This document shows, piece after piece, positions 40,726-50,969 of a DNA stretch of 64,000 nucleotides (the first letter of the stretch is position 1; every line of letters starts with the position of its first letter). The translations under genes were made by a program, and so were the position numbers. The stretch comes from an uncultured delta proteobacterium (GTDB lineage: Bacteria; Desulfobacterota; Binatia; Binatales; Binataceae), in NCBI GenBank assembly GCA_963848285.1, contig CAWKCZ010000002.1, forward strand, positions 327,002-391,001, in the 5' to 3' direction. A model generated the notes under the pieces. The model was not told the DNA's origin. It did no database searches and saw nothing but the letters and a program-made list of their open reading frames with translations.

Positions 40726-40753
40726 GGTATATCAGCTATGCCGAGCGGTACAA
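40726..40753 (-). promoter_or_regulatory. Candidate sigma70-type promoter for ilvB (TTGTAC-N16-TATACC on the minus strand)
   Basis: Reverse complement of 40726..40753 is TTGTACcgctcggcatagctgaTATACC, ~85 nt upstream of ATG 40639. Pattern match only. Confidence 0.25.
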
Positions 40754-40762
40754 TTGGCCTCG

Positions 40763-41074
40763 CTAGATAGAAGATTTGGCCGGTTTCGAGGCCAACGTCA
40801 GCTCGTCCATCTCGTCGAAAAAACGCACCGACTCGGGCAACGGCCCCGGCAACTTCATCGCGATGAGCCCCGGCTGCGCCGCATCCCACGCCACGCGGCT
40901 TTCCCATCGCCCGATGCCATAGAAATGTTCGCGATTCTTGGCGCTGCGCAGCATCATGCTGCCGTACGAGGCTGCGAACTCCTCGCGGATGCGGCGGGTG
41001 CCGGCGTCCCAGTTGCGCATGAACTCTTCCTCGTGTCCCGGCTTGACAGTCCATCGATACATCACGCGAATCAT
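40763..41074 (-). CDS. Antibiotic-biosynthesis-monooxygenase (ABM, ferredoxin-like) domain protein
   Basis: Intact 103-aa ORF: MIRVMYRWTVKPGHEEEFMRNWDAGTRRIREEFAASYGSMMLRSAKNREHFYGIGRWESRVAWDAA. Confidence 0.55.
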   Translation of the reverse strand: MIRVMYRWTVKPGHEEEFMRNWDAGTRRIREEFAASYGSMMLRSAKNREHFYGIGRWESRVAWDAAQPGLIAMKLPGPLPESVRFFDEMDELTLASKPAKSSI

Positions 41075-41160
41075 GCTGACGACCTCCGAGGTGGCGATGT
41101 GAATTCATTCTACACCAGATAGACGTTCGGATTACCGTCACGAATGGTAGACTGATCGAT

Positions 41161-41628
41161 GTGCGTATCCATAAGCTTGAACGAACCCAGGTGGTACCGA
41201 TTCCGATCGCGGAAGCATTCGAGTTTTTCTCCAACCCCCGCAACCTGGAGCGCCTGACGCCGGATTTCGTGCACTTCCAGTTCCTTAAGGCGCCTCCGGA
41301 GAAGGTTTCGCCGGGCACCATCCTGGAATATCGCTTGCGCATCTATGGACTACCGGTCAAGTGGCGCACGCGAATCGAGAGCGTCGAGCCTCCTGACCGC
41401 TTCGTTGATGTACAGGACCAAGGACCGTACGCGATGTGGCGCCACACTCACAGTTTTCACGAAGTGGACGGCTCCCATACGGAAATTCGCGACCAGGTCG
41501 AATTCGCGATGCCACTGGGGCCGCTCGGCGAAATCGCTTATCGATTTATGGTCGCCGGCAGCCTGCGCGAGATTTTCGACTATCGCGCGGCCGCCCTGCG
41601 CCGCCTGTTCCCGGAGGCTGCGTCGTAA
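41161..41628 (+). CDS. SRPBCC (cyclase/dehydrase-like) family protein
   Basis: Intact 155-aa ORF: VPIPIAEAFEFFSNPRNLERLTPDFVHFQFL...YRLRIYGLPVKWRTRIESVEPPDRFVDVQDQGPYAMWRHTHSF. Confidence 0.6.
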   Translation: MRIHKLERTQVVPIPIAEAFEFFSNPRNLERLTPDFVHFQFLKAPPEKVSPGTILEYRLRIYGLPVKWRTRIESVEPPDRFVDVQDQGPYAMWRHTHSFHEVDGSHTEIRDQVEFAMPLGPLGEIAYRFMVAGSLREIFDYRAAALRRLFPEAAS

Positions 41629-41788
41629 TTCTGTCGCCGTTCGGCGTTCACTCGTGCACGGCCAGGCACACAAACCTACCGCTGGGCGAGTTTCGCTCGC
41701 ACACTGCGACCGGGCAGGCCACCTTCAGTTTATGGTTGCGGCGCCTTTACCCGGTGCGATCGATGCTCGACCCCTCCGAGGGCCGCGG

Positions 41789-42214
41789 CTAATAATGTTT
41801 TTCGTCGACACTTTCTTCGACACTCATCACTTCGAAGGTGCGGTCCAGTGGCGCAAACATCCCAAAGACAGTGAGAGTTTGGCCCGGTTTTATTTTCCCG
41901 AAGGTCTCCGAATCCTTACCCTGCACCACGAAGTTCGGATTGAACTGGTTGACGTACTGCCAGATGTCGGGCCATCGAATCTTTGGATGATTGGTGTAGG
42001 CATCCTTGAGAATGAATTTGTAATTTTTGCCATTGACGCCCATCGTGACCACGGTCTTATTGCCATATATCTCGTCCGGCGCCGGCTTGGTCACGATGAT
42101 CGTGGTTGGAATTGGCGGCCCCATCGCGGGCAAACCCTGGGCGCATGAAACCTGCGGGAATGCGAGCAGAATAATTCCGATGGAGGCCATGGTAGCATTT
42201 CGTAGGGTTCTCAT
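41789..42214 (-). CDS. Hypothetical secreted protein (orphan; AT-richer than its surroundings)
   Basis: Internal Met of ORF 41789..42268. Signal peptide MRTLRNATMASIGIILLAFPQVSCAQG, then 115 aa with no motif I recognise. Confidence 0.5.
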   Translation of the reverse strand: MRTLRNATMASIGIILLAFPQVSCAQGLPAMGPPIPTTIIVTKPAPDEIYGNKTVVTMGVNGKNYKFILKDAYTNHPKIRWPDIWQYVNQFNPNFVVQGKDSETFGKIKPGQTLTVFGMFAPLDRTFEVMSVEESVDEKHY

Positions 42215-42326
42215 CTTTGGTCTCCTGTTCGCATCGAGTGTTCTCCGCGCGAAATGGTAAAAGCACATTTACTGTTGACGCCTAACTACTGTACGATAGG
42301 CAGACATTAACGATTCCGGAGGATTG

Positions 42327-43680
42327 ATGATGGTTAAGTTGCGTGCATTAGCGCTGCTGCTGGTCAGCGGCCTGCGTGGGTCGGCCCCGCTCGCCGCGAC
42401 CGTGAAGCCGGGCGACTTCATTACCAAGGATAACGCATCCAGGTGAAGGATCTGCTGAGCCCCGGAAATTACGTCCTGGTGCTAGCAAGGGATGCGACTG
42501 AACATCGTTCCGACCAGCAAACTCGACTGGCCACCGCCTTTCAAGAGCGCGACTGAAAAATATTCGCCTCAGGTGGTCCTCAATCCGGACGGCACCCTGA
42601 AGAACTATGTCGCCGGGCAACCGTTTCCGCTGCTGGATCCCAACGATCCGCAGATGGCCACCAAGCTGATGTGGAATTTCAGCTTCCGTCCGCTTTACAC
42701 CGATGACGTGGATCTGCGGTTTCCGGAAATCGCCAGCTATGTCGGCGGATCCAAGGACCTGGAGCCGCTGAGCTATTTCACGGTCGGCCATTTTGCCTTT
42801 TACAACAACGTCGGGCGAATCGAAGTTCCGCCGGTGCCCGACCAGTCCGGATTTCGCAGCGAGCGGAATCCGCTATAAATTCGCATTTTATCCCTTTCTC
42901 GAGCCTGCGGGACTGCGCGGATATGGCTTAATCCGCAACCGCCAGCATGGATCCCGAACATCGAAGACAACTCCTGGGTGTTCAATCCCGGGCCCGACGA
43001 ATTCGGCGTCAGTCGCCGGAGATTCTTGCAGATGCGATCGGCGGGCTGCCCGGGTTTTCCGATGGCGGCGGTGGCGGCGGCTACGGCGGCGCGGGCTGGG
43101 AGTCTCCGGCGGGACCAGCGAGGTACAAGCACCATCGATCCCGATTCCTATTTCGGTTTCTCGGCCAAGATCGAAGACTTCACCTACAAATATCTCGGCG
43201 AGAAGCAGATGCTCGCTTGCGTGCACGCCAAGTTTTCCCCCGAGCAGCCCTGCCCCGCCGACGGCGGACATTCAATATGTCCCGAAGACTGGGAAATGCG
43301 TCACATGTACATCGTCGAAGCTGACGAGAAGCCGGGACATCACTTCTGCGATTCCGAAGCGCATTTTTTACATTGATTCCGAAGGATGGCTGATCACCGC
43401 ATCCGACCAGTACTGGCGAGACGGCAAGATCTGGAAGACGCTGGTCGCTGTACAATACGTTATCGCGATCGTCCGATCCCCGATGCGCAGGTCGCCATCT
43501 ATCCTTACAAGCGAATTTTCCAGCTCGGGTTGGTCGACGCGAACATCCAGGACCACTCCTCAACCGTGGTCTTTCATGCCGGGACGCCATTCTCCCGAAC
43601 ACGAATGCTGGTACATCGACATGGGCGTAGTCGATCCGGGATTCTTCAATCCCAATTCGATGCAGAACGCCGGCCACTAA
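42327..43680 (+). CDS. DUF1329-family (LolA-like fold) periplasmic/outer-membrane-associated protein (at least 3 frame changes)
   Basis: GGAGGA lies upstream of ATG 42327. Signal MMVKLRALALLLVSGL. ITKDNA..VKDLLSPGNYVLV. KLDWPPPFKSATEKYSPQVVLNPDGTLKNYVAGQPFPLLDPNDPQMATKLMWNFSFRP (ORF 42492..42878). YIDSEGWLITASDQYWRDGKIWKTL and the C-terminus are in ORF 42793..43680. Confidence 0.6.
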
Positions 43681-43698
43681 GAGTCACCCACAACAACA

Positions 43699-43731
43699 AT
43701 GCGGCGATCCTCGCTGAGGGGATCGCCGCAT
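43699..43731. terminator. Bidirectional hairpin between convergent genes
   Basis: ATGCGGCGATCC-tcgctgagg-GGATCGCCGCAT is a perfect 12-bp stem. It is followed by CTATTTCG on the plus strand and TTGTTGTTG on the minus strand. Confidence 0.7.
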
Positions 43732-43758
43732 CTATTTCGTCTGCGAAGTCCCGATTAT

Positions 43759-44840
43759 CTATGGCCGCTTGAGATCCTGCAAAATCTCCTTCAGCACGCC
43801 GCGATCGTGATCATTGCGCATCGGCATATCGAAGCTCAGGCGATTGACGCCCGGCGAAGCGTTTCTTCATCACCGAGGCGATCTCGTCATAGGTTCCGAC
43901 CGCCGCAAAAGCATGCACCATGTCTTCGCTTACCAGTTGCGACATCTCGCGCCATTTCTGCTGCACCGAAAGCTTATGCAGATGGTCGGCGGTGTCGCCC
44001 CATCCGTCGAGCTCGAAACTGGAGCGATACGACCGCGTCGAGCCATAAAACGCGATGGTCGATTTGAGCCCCTCGACCGCCTTCGCGAGCGCATCCTTGT
44101 TCGGCGCGGCGCACAGGAACCCGCCGCCGCCGATCTGGTAGTTGCTCCCATTCAGATTGCGGCCGCCCGCTCTTCGCGAAGCCCTTCTTCAAATTCGGAA
44201 ACGCGATCTGATCGAGGTATTTGCGCGTCACGATGCCATGCAGCCGCACGCCCTCGCAGACTTCGCCCGCCACTTGCAGCATCCGCTCCTGCACCGCCGC
44301 GATCAGCACCGGAATGTGCGGATTGCTCACTGGCGGTGGCGCGAAGTTCGGCGTCATCAGCGATAGATTGTAGTGCTCGCTATGAAAGTTCAGCGGCTCG
44401 CCGGTCTGCCAGCTCTTCCACACCGCGCGCATCGCACCCACGTAATCCTTCATGCGCTGCGCCGGCTTGCTCCACGGCATCCCGAAGCGTCGCATCACGT
44501 GACCCTTCACCTGCGAACCGAGCCCGAGCACCAGCCGTCCCCCGCTCATGCGTTGCAGATCCCACGCGGTGTAGGCGGTCGCGACCGGGCTCTTGGTGAA
44601 TGCCAGCGCGATGCCGGTACCGAGCTCGATGCTTCGACGGCTCTTGCGCCGCGATCGCGAGCATCAGGTACGGGTCGTCCTGGGTCTCGACTGCAATCGC
44701 CGTGTCATATCCGAGCGCCTCGGCCTCGCGAACCTGATCGCGCAGCGTCTCCAGGTCGGCTCAGGCTTTTTGCCTTGCTGCATATCGGGCGTATAGGGCA
44801 CGCCGAGATTCAATGCGCGTTCAACTTTGATGGTAGCCAT
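43759..44840 (-). CDS. Luciferase-like monooxygenase (LLM) class flavin/F420-dependent oxidoreductase (at least 4 frame changes)
   Basis: MATIKVERAL (ORF 44664..44876). By my translation: EAEALGYDTAIAVETQDDPYLMLAIAAQ. MSGGRLVLGLGSQVKGHVMRRFGMPWSKPAQRMKDYVGAMRAVWKSW...IPVLIAAVQERMLQVAGEVCEGVRLH (ORF 43974..44549). Confidence 0.7.
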
Positions 44841-44904
44841 GGGGCGGTTATCGCGTCCGCCGCGCCGCGCTGTCAAGGTTCCGATGCCCGGCGGTCATTG
44901 CAAC

Positions 44905-44928
44905 AAAAAGGCGGCCTCGCGAGCCGCC
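44905..44928 (-). terminator. Intrinsic terminator at the 3' end of the polysaccharide operon
   Basis: The minus strand reads GGCGGCtcgcgagGCCGCC followed by TTTTTGTTG, 46 nt after the stop of the last operon gene (44974). Confidence 0.7.
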
Positions 44929-44973
44929 TCTTCCGCCTGACTGATTGTAATGTTTACCTGCCGGACGATGACC

Positions 44974-45912
44974 TCAACCGATGTCGGAAGCTGCCAGCGT
45001 CACGTAAGACCATGGCTCATTGGTAGTGCTGCGCTCGTGGGCTGGAGTCGCAAAAAACCGGAATTGCCGATCCAGACCGCGCGGCTTGAATAGCATTCGT
45101 GGCCGGCAAAGCGACGCCGTCGAGTCTTGCGCCGGCCATGGAACCAGGGTCGGACTGAGCCACGCCCCGGGCGGCCCATCACGCCACAAATCCGCTCCCT
45201 GCCAATCGACCGCGAGCCATACCAGCGGCATCCGAAACCTGCGGCGCACGTAGTAACCGAGCAGGCGGTCGCCATCCAGCCAGCCGAAGAGCTCGTAGTG
45301 ATGAATGGGGTGATCGAGGAATCGCCATTTGAGAAATGCGCAATCAACCGCCAGCGCCGGTGAGCCAAGGGTGCGGCGCCAGTCATCGAGCGCGCTCAGA
45401 TCGCAGCTCGCGAGGATCGCCTCGGAAAGCCGCACCGCTTGGCCGCTCCTCCATCGCGAGCGGCGCAAGAGCGGCAAGCGCACGCGCACATCGTCGACGG
45501 TGCGAAAGACCATCTTCGTACGATGCCAACCCGGAGTCGCGCTCTCATTCGGATGGCCAATCAACCACTCATCGGTTCGTTGCCGTTCTTGATTGACCGC
45601 CAGGATCATTCGGACGAAAAGATTGCGCCCGCGACATTTCGGATGCACCAGCACGTGAACCACCGCGACCGTATCGATGATCGCGCTACCATTGGTCATC
45701 CGAAACGGAATCAATGCCATCATGCCGACGTAGGAGCCATCGCCATCGAGAGCCAACGCGATGCGACATTCGCCGTTCGGATTTCGCCGGTAAAGCCAAT
45801 CCAGATAGTCGACCCGCCGCACCGGATCGCCGTCGGGATAATAAGTCGCGGCGAGCGCGAGCACCCGATCCATTGAGCATTCGGCAATCGGTCTTACGAC
45901 GATTTCTTCCAT
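44974..45912 (-). CDS. GNAT-like (possibly FemAB-related) acyltransferase
   Basis: Intact 312-aa ORF. VGMMALIPFRM...VAVVHVLVHPKCRGRNLFVRMI resembles the GNAT acyl-CoA-binding motif. Located inside the polysaccharide operon. Confidence 0.45.
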   Translation of the reverse strand: MEEIVVRPIAECSMDRVLALAATYYPDGDPVRRVDYLDWLYRRNPNGECRIALALDGDGSYVGMMALIPFRMTNGSAIIDTVAVVHVLVHPKCRGRNLFVRMILAVNQERQRTDEWLIGHPNESATPGWHRTKMVFRTVDDVRVRLPLLRRSRWRSGQAVRLSEAILASCDLSALDDWRRTLGSPALAVDCAFLKWRFLDHPIHHYELFGWLDGDRLLGYYVRRRFRMPLVWLAVDWQGADLWRDGPPGAWLSPTLVPWPAQDSTASLCRPRMLFKPRGLDRQFRFFATPAHERSTTNEPWSYVTLAASDIG

Positions 45913-45942
45913 GCCGAGAGGAATCAGCTTGCCGTCCCAGCG

Positions 45943-46827
45943 TCACTCGAGCCCGAGGGTGCGATTGACCGCGGTCTTCACCGAGATTCCCAGCGCGGAA
46001 TCCTTGAGCCGAAGCAAATCCGCGGAACCGTCGAGCAGCGCCTTGAAGTAACGCATGCCGAAGTCCTCGACGTTATAGCGATGCAGTCGCATCGGATGAA
46101 GCGGCGACAAATTGGTGCCCGCGACACCGGTGAAACATAGTTGATAGCCGGCGCGGCGGATGACGTCTTCGGTCGCGTCGTCGAAATCGCCGTACCCGCC
46201 GTTGGGGTAAGCGAAAGCGCGAACCGTCGCCCCCAAACCGCGCTCCAGTTTCAACTTCGACTCGAAGATTTCATTTTCGATTTCCCACCCCGACAGGCGC
46301 GTGAGGATTCGATGGGAACCGCCGTGCGAGCCGATCTCGAAGACCTCGCGCATCCCGGCAAGCTCTTCGTAGCTCAGCACCCGATCCTGCTCATCGAGTA
46401 CCCGATCATGCGGAAGGGTACCGCCGTCAACGTAATCGGTCGGCACGAACATCATCGCGCGATGCCCGAGCGCCTTCAGGATCGGATAGGCATTTTTGTA
46501 AACGCTGGTGTAGCCATCATCGAAGGTCAGCAGCACCGCCCGCTCGGGCAACGAGGTCCCGAGCGCGACGTGCTCGGCGAGAGTCTCCGGGGAAATCACC
46601 TGATAGTTCGCGGCGAGGTACTCCTGCTGGCGACGGAACAACTCGGTGCCGACTGCGATGATGTTCGGACGAGCGTCGGAAACCTTGTGATATGCGAGGA
46701 TGCGCAGGCTGTTGGCGCGCGCCGCCAATCCTCGCAGCGCGGTGATTCCGACGATTCGGGGCAGTTCGGCTGCGCCTCCATACAGCAGGTATTTCAAGGA
46801 ATGCCTGATCTGGAATGCAATCGCCAT
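45943..46827 (-). CDS. Polysaccharide deacetylase (NodB-homology, CE4) family protein
   Basis: Intact 294-aa ORF: AVLLTFDDGYTSVYKNAYPILKALGHRAMMFV...IGSHGGSHRILT...FAYPNGGY. Confidence 0.8.
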   Translation of the reverse strand: MAIAFQIRHSLKYLLYGGAAELPRIVGITALRGLAARANSLRILAYHKVSDARPNIIAVGTELFRRQQEYLAANYQVISPETLAEHVALGTSLPERAVLLTFDDGYTSVYKNAYPILKALGHRAMMFVPTDYVDGGTLPHDRVLDEQDRVLSYEELAGMREVFEIGSHGGSHRILTRLSGWEIENEIFESKLKLERGLGATVRAFAYPNGGYGDFDDATEDVIRRAGYQLCFTGVAGTNLSPLHPMRLHRYNVEDFGMRYFKALLDGSADLLRLKDSALGISVKTAVNRTLGLE

Positions 46828-46830
46828 CTG

Positions 46831-48033
46831 TTACCGGATCGATGCGGTCGAGCGTGCATCGCCCGCAAGTTGGGTCTGATCGGTTGTTCTGCGGCTTTGT
46901 TTGGCGGCGGCTGAGCCTTCGACCAATTCTTCGAAAAGATCGCTGAATCCGGTGGCCATGAGCTCGCGCGAATAGTTTTCGCGAATCCGGTCGCGCGCTG
47001 CCGCGCTCAAGGATTGGTGTCGATTGCCGAGCATCTGCAGGCACGCCTCGGCGAGCGCCGCGGGGTCGCGCGGCGCTACGATTTTTCCGGTGTCCCCGAC
47101 GATACGCGCCGAGTCACCGATATTGGTCGCAACACATGGCACGCCGCAGGCCATCGCTTCGATCAGCACGGTCGGACAGGACTCGCCGAACGCGGACGCC
47201 AGCACGAACAGGTCCGTCCCCGCGAGGATCGCTTGAAGGTCGCGGCGCAGTCCCAGCATATGCACTCGGTCGCGGATACCGAGCTGACGCGCCAACGCGT
47301 CCAGCTCGCGATTGTCGGCGCTAACATTCACGCCCGCCATCACCGCATGCGCATCGGGAATTTTCCGGCTCACTCTGGCGAAGGCGCGCATGAACGTCGG
47401 ATAGTCCTTTTGGGGATGGAAGCGGCCGGCGGTGCCGAGGATTAACGCATTCGACGACAGCCCCAGTTCGCTCCTCAATCTCGCGCCTGCAATGGAATCC
47501 GGTCGAAAGGTGTCGGTATCGACGCCAGCCGGTATACATCGCCAGCTGCGAGGTTTAAATCCGAGACTCGTATGCCAATCCTTTGCAACCTGTGCGGTGC
47601 ACACGATCGCATCCGGGAGCGACGACAACCGCGCGTTCAATTTGAACAGCAGCTTGAGACCAATCGAATAGGTCGAAAAGTCCAGCTCGCTCGAATGCAC
47701 GCTCCACACCAACGGCACATCGATGGTCCTGGTCGCTGCCAGCCCCATCAAATTGGAGTGATACATCCAGGTCTGCACCACGTCGGGCCGGCCTTCTTTG
47801 ATCAACCGCACAAGACGGGGCACTGCCGCGAGGGCGGAGGCCGTCCCGCGAATATCGAGCGTCTCGGTGCCAATTCCCAGTTGGTGTAAATCGGCGGCGA
47901 AGGTGTCGATGCGCAAGAGCGAGACCAGACTATTTTCAAATCGATCCCGGTCCATTCCCTGCAGCAAACGCACCAGCATCAACTCCGCGCCCCCGGTCCC
48001 GAGACTATTTACGATGTGCAGAACCTTGATCAT
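46831..48033 (-). CDS. Glycosyltransferase family 4
   Basis: MIKVLHIVNSLGTGGAELMLVRL and the E-x7-E region SAFGESCPTVLIEAMACGVPCVATNIGD (ORF 46831..48165). Confidence 0.85.
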   Translation of the reverse strand: MIKVLHIVNSLGTGGAELMLVRLLQGMDRDRFENSLVSLLRIDTFAADLHQLGIGTETLDIRGTASALAAVPRLVRLIKEGRPDVVQTWMYHSNLMGLAATRTIDVPLVWSVHSSELDFSTYSIGLKLLFKLNARLSSLPDAIVCTAQVAKDWHTSLGFKPRSWRCIPAGVDTDTFRPDSIAGARLRSELGLSSNALILGTAGRFHPQKDYPTFMRAFARVSRKIPDAHAVMAGVNVSADNRELDALARQLGIRDRVHMLGLRRDLQAILAGTDLFVLASAFGESCPTVLIEAMACGVPCVATNIGDSARIVGDTGKIVAPRDPAALAEACLQMLGNRHQSLSAAARDRIRENYSRELMATGFSDLFEELVEGSAAAKQSRRTTDQTQLAGDARSTASIR

Positions 48034-48046
48034 CTGACGCGGCGCA

Positions 48047-48835
48047 TTACTTGACAAGCTGTCTTCCGGTAGGATCGATGTATCGTAGCGGCGTTGCGAT
48101 ATTCCGCGCGCGTAAAAATTCGTCCACTGCTTTGCGCGCGCCGGCCCACGCCCCGTAATCGTCAATCTGCAGGATCGCGCCGGGACTTAGCCGCTCCCAC
48201 AGCAGTTCCAAGCATACGCGTATGCTTTCGTACCAATCGCCATCGAGATGCAGGAGGGCAATCGGCCCCGCCTGCCATCGCGGCAGAGTTTCCTGGAAAG
48301 TTCCCTTGACGCATTCGGTAAGCTCGGCGACCCCCAGACGGCAAAACAGCGCGCGCACCTCAGCCTCGTCTCCGCGACATTGGCCGGTCCAATGCCGTGC
48401 TAACTCATAGTCAGGATCGTCGGCGGTCGGCGCAGGCAAGCCTGCAAAAGTGTCGAAGGCAAAAATTCTTCGAGTAAGATCGGAATCGCGGCCCACGCGG
48501 CGCATGCTTTGCAGCGTGAGCGCCATCAGCGCGACACTGCCCCCACGCGCAACTCCACATTCGACAATGTCTCCGGGAATGTCGTTGGCAACGACCTGAC
48601 GTACGCCCTCGTACAACGCGCGCGCCCTCGAATGATTGAGCATCGTGTAAGGCCGCACCACAGCGTAGAGGTCGCTGAATTCGTCACCCACGATGAGATC
48701 ACGCATCTTGCGCGCGACCCGCGGCACATCGCGCGCGCGCAGCCTGACGATCCGCTTCCACAGTGGATACTGCGCGTAGGCAACCGACGCGGCGGGCAGC
48801 TGCTCGCCGGCGTTCATCGAGTTCGCCCGATTCAT
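48047..48835 (-). CDS. TylF/MycF-type class I SAM-dependent (O-)methyltransferase
   Basis: GDIVECGVARGGSVALMA and ALLHLDGDWYESIRVCLELLWERLSPGAILQIDDYG (ORF 48047..49246, internal Met at 48835). The start overlaps the flippase stop by 4 nt. Confidence 0.7.
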   Translation of the reverse strand: MNRANSMNAGEQLPAASVAYAQYPLWKRIVRLRARDVPRVARKMRDLIVGDEFSDLYAVVRPYTMLNHSRARALYEGVRQVVANDIPGDIVECGVARGGSVALMALTLQSMRRVGRDSDLTRRIFAFDTFAGLPAPTADDPDYELARHWTGQCRGDEAEVRALFCRLGVAELTECVKGTFQETLPRWQAGPIALLHLDGDWYESIRVCLELLWERLSPGAILQIDDYGAWAGARKAVDEFLRARNIATPLRYIDPTGRQLVK

Positions 48836-50205
48836 GTGGTCAGCGGCTGGCGCAGCCGTGCGATGAAAGTCCGCGCGACCGGCGCCGAATCGCTGATGCC
48901 TAGGATCGAAGTCCAGATTCCAAGTTCGCGCCTGACCACCACCAGCATCGCGAGATTCTGGGCGCCGTATCCGATCGCTGCGCCGACTGCGACCCCTAAC
49001 CCGCCATAGCGCCTCACGAGGACGAGTTTTACCGCGAGCGCAAGCAGTGCACCGCCCAACGAAATCCACAGCACCTGGCTGCCACGCCCAGTCATCATGA
49101 GCGCCAAACCGCACGCGCCGGTCGCTACGTCTGTGAGTGCCGAAGCTCCCCAGATCAGCAGGATGGCGTTCGCGTCGGCATAGAATGGACCATAGAGAGC
49201 CGCGAGCAATGCCCTTCCTTCGAAAACAAATATTCCGAGCACGCACACGGTCGGCAGCATCGCGGCGGTCGCAGCCGCCCGCAGCATCAACTCGAGGTCG
49301 CGAGTTCGCCCACCTCCGTGCAGCTCCGCAATAAATGGCGGCACTACTGCGTTCACCACCATCAGCGGCATCGCGGCGAGCGCCGCCAGTCTGACCGCGC
49401 CGCCATAAAGCGCGATTTCATGCCGCGGACGAAACATGCCGAGCACCCAAATGTCGTTCTCGCGTCCGAGCGTCCACACCATCAGCGCGCCCCACAGTGG
49501 CCACGCGATACGCATCAGCTCGCCGAACGAAACCGAGTCGGACCCCGAGCGCGACGGGCCCATCCGGATACGCAGCCCCATCCCCGCGATACAAACATCG
49601 AGGATCCCCGCCACCATCGATATCCACAGCGCGTCGGCCAGCGACGCGTGGCCGGTCCCGTGCCAAATCGCCGCGAACCCGATCACCGAGAGGATCGTAC
49701 TCAGCAGTCCCGAATGGAGGGTTGCCCCGGAAAGGTCTTTCAACGCGCGAAAAATCTCGGCCAGTAATGTTTGCAATCCCCGCACCGCGAGCCATGCCGC
49801 GGTCAGTTTGATTGCGCTGCCGGTCATCGGCGAATGAAAGATACACTCTGCGAGCGTATGGCCGAGGACGAGTAGCGCGAGCGCCGCCAGGATAATCATC
49901 GCCGAAGCCGCCACCAGCGTAGTTCGAATCGCTCCGCGCACGCGCCCCGGTTGACGCCGCGCGACCGCTTCGCCAATCAGATTCACGAGCGCCAGCGGCA
50001 AGCCCAATTGCGAAAGCGATGCGGCCGTAGCTACCACGCTGAAGATGAGGAAGAATGCTCCCACTTGGTCCGGCCCGAGGATGCGCGTCAGCAGCGCATT
50101 CATCAGCATCAGGCTCGCGACCGCGCCGCATCTCCCGCCGAGCGCCCATCCGCCGCCGCGAACGATTTGGGAGAACATCGAGACGGTCTCGCGGCTCCGC
50201 ATCAC
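48832..50205 (-). CDS. Wzx-type oligosaccharide flippase (MOP superfamily)
   Basis: Intact 457-aa ORF, hydrophobic throughout (about 12-14 helices). N-terminus FSQIVRGGGWALGGRCGAVASLMLMNALLTRILGPDQVGAFFL is typical of polysaccharide biosynthesis (Wzx) proteins. Confidence 0.7.
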   Translation of the reverse strand: MMRSRETVSMFSQIVRGGGWALGGRCGAVASLMLMNALLTRILGPDQVGAFFLIFSVVATAASLSQLGLPLALVNLIGEAVARRQPGRVRGAIRTTLVAASAMIILAALALLVLGHTLAECIFHSPMTGSAIKLTAAWLAVRGLQTLLAEIFRALKDLSGATLHSGLLSTILSVIGFAAIWHGTGHASLADALWISMVAGILDVCIAGMGLRIRMGPSRSGSDSVSFGELMRIAWPLWGALMVWTLGRENDIWVLGMFRPRHEIALYGGAVRLAALAAMPLMVVNAVVPPFIAELHGGGRTRDLELMLRAAATAAMLPTVCVLGIFVFEGRALLAALYGPFYADANAILLIWGASALTDVATGACGLALMMTGRGSQVLWISLGGALLALAVKLVLVRRYGGLGVAVGAAIGYGAQNLAMLVVVRRELGIWTSILGISDSAPVARTFIARLRQPLTT

Positions 50206-50969
50206 CGGCTCCCGTCAGCTCGCGGCTCGAGGACGAACACACTGCATGCCGAGCCCAACACCCGCGCCAACTTGCGGCGCGCTGAAAGCCCCAGCCATGG
50301 CATCAGCGCTGAGCCGGTATAGAAGAGTCCGCTGTAGCGCTCGGTGACGATCCTGAACCCGAGGGCGACGAACATTCGATGCCATCGGGCGCGGCGAAAC
50401 GCGAACAACTCGGTTAACGCATTCGGGTAGGCGCCATGCGGTCCCGGTACTACCATTCGCGCCACCGTGGCGATGAATCCACGCCGGCGCAGCACGCTTC
50501 GCACCTCCGGCGAATGGCCGCCGAACACCGCGCGGCGTCCGAACAGGTACCGCAAACAAAACGGATAATGACTCAGGCTTGCCCAGAACCGCCACATCGC
50601 GGTGGGCACGAGGCATACCACCCGGCCTTCCGGTTTGAGCGCACGCCGCACCTCCTCCAGCAGCGGACGCAAGCGAGCGCTTTCGACGTGCTCCAACACA
50701 TTGGAGGTGAACACCAGGTCAATCGAATTCGCCTGGACCGGCAGGCTTATCCCGTCGTACAAAACGCCCGCACAAGGACTTGCGCTGGGCGCAAACGCAA
50801 CCTCCAGCGCAATTACCGCGCATCCCCACGACGCGATTATGTCCGCCTGGAAGCCGCTGCCCGCGCCGATTTCCAGCACTCTCGATTGGGGCGCAAACCA
50901 CCTCCGAACCCCTTCCAGCTCCATCGCACGGGCTGCCTCCAGACCGAAGGATCCTGCTCCGCGGTTCAT
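50202..50969 (-). CDS. Class I SAM-dependent methyltransferase
   Basis: RVLEIGAGSGFQA (motif I), DLVFTSNVLEHV and LKPEGRVV (ORF 50202..51227, Met at 50969). 4-nt overlaps with both neighbours. Confidence 0.65.
   Translation of the reverse strand: MNRGAGSFGLEAARAMELEGVRRWFAPQSRVLEIGAGSGFQADIIASWGCAVIALEVAFAPSASPCAGVLYDGISLPVQANSIDLVFTSNVLEHVESARLRPLLEEVRRALKPEGRVVCLVPTAMWRFWASLSHYPFCLRYLFGRRAVFGGHSPEVRSVLRRRGFIATVARMVVPGPHGAYPNALTELFAFRRARWHRMFVALGFRIVTERYSGLFYTGSALMPWLGLSARRKLARVLGSACSVFVLEPRADGSR

Noticed and set aside
1-44900. Reading the many interrupted genes as genuine pseudogenes, that is, a degrading genome.
   Set aside because: Essential single-copy functions (ftsK, rnj, ssb, rimO, uvrC, ilvB) are all affected, yet the codon-level protein signal is preserved across frames. 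Indel-type sequence error is far more likely. These genes are therefore typed CDS rather than pseudogene.
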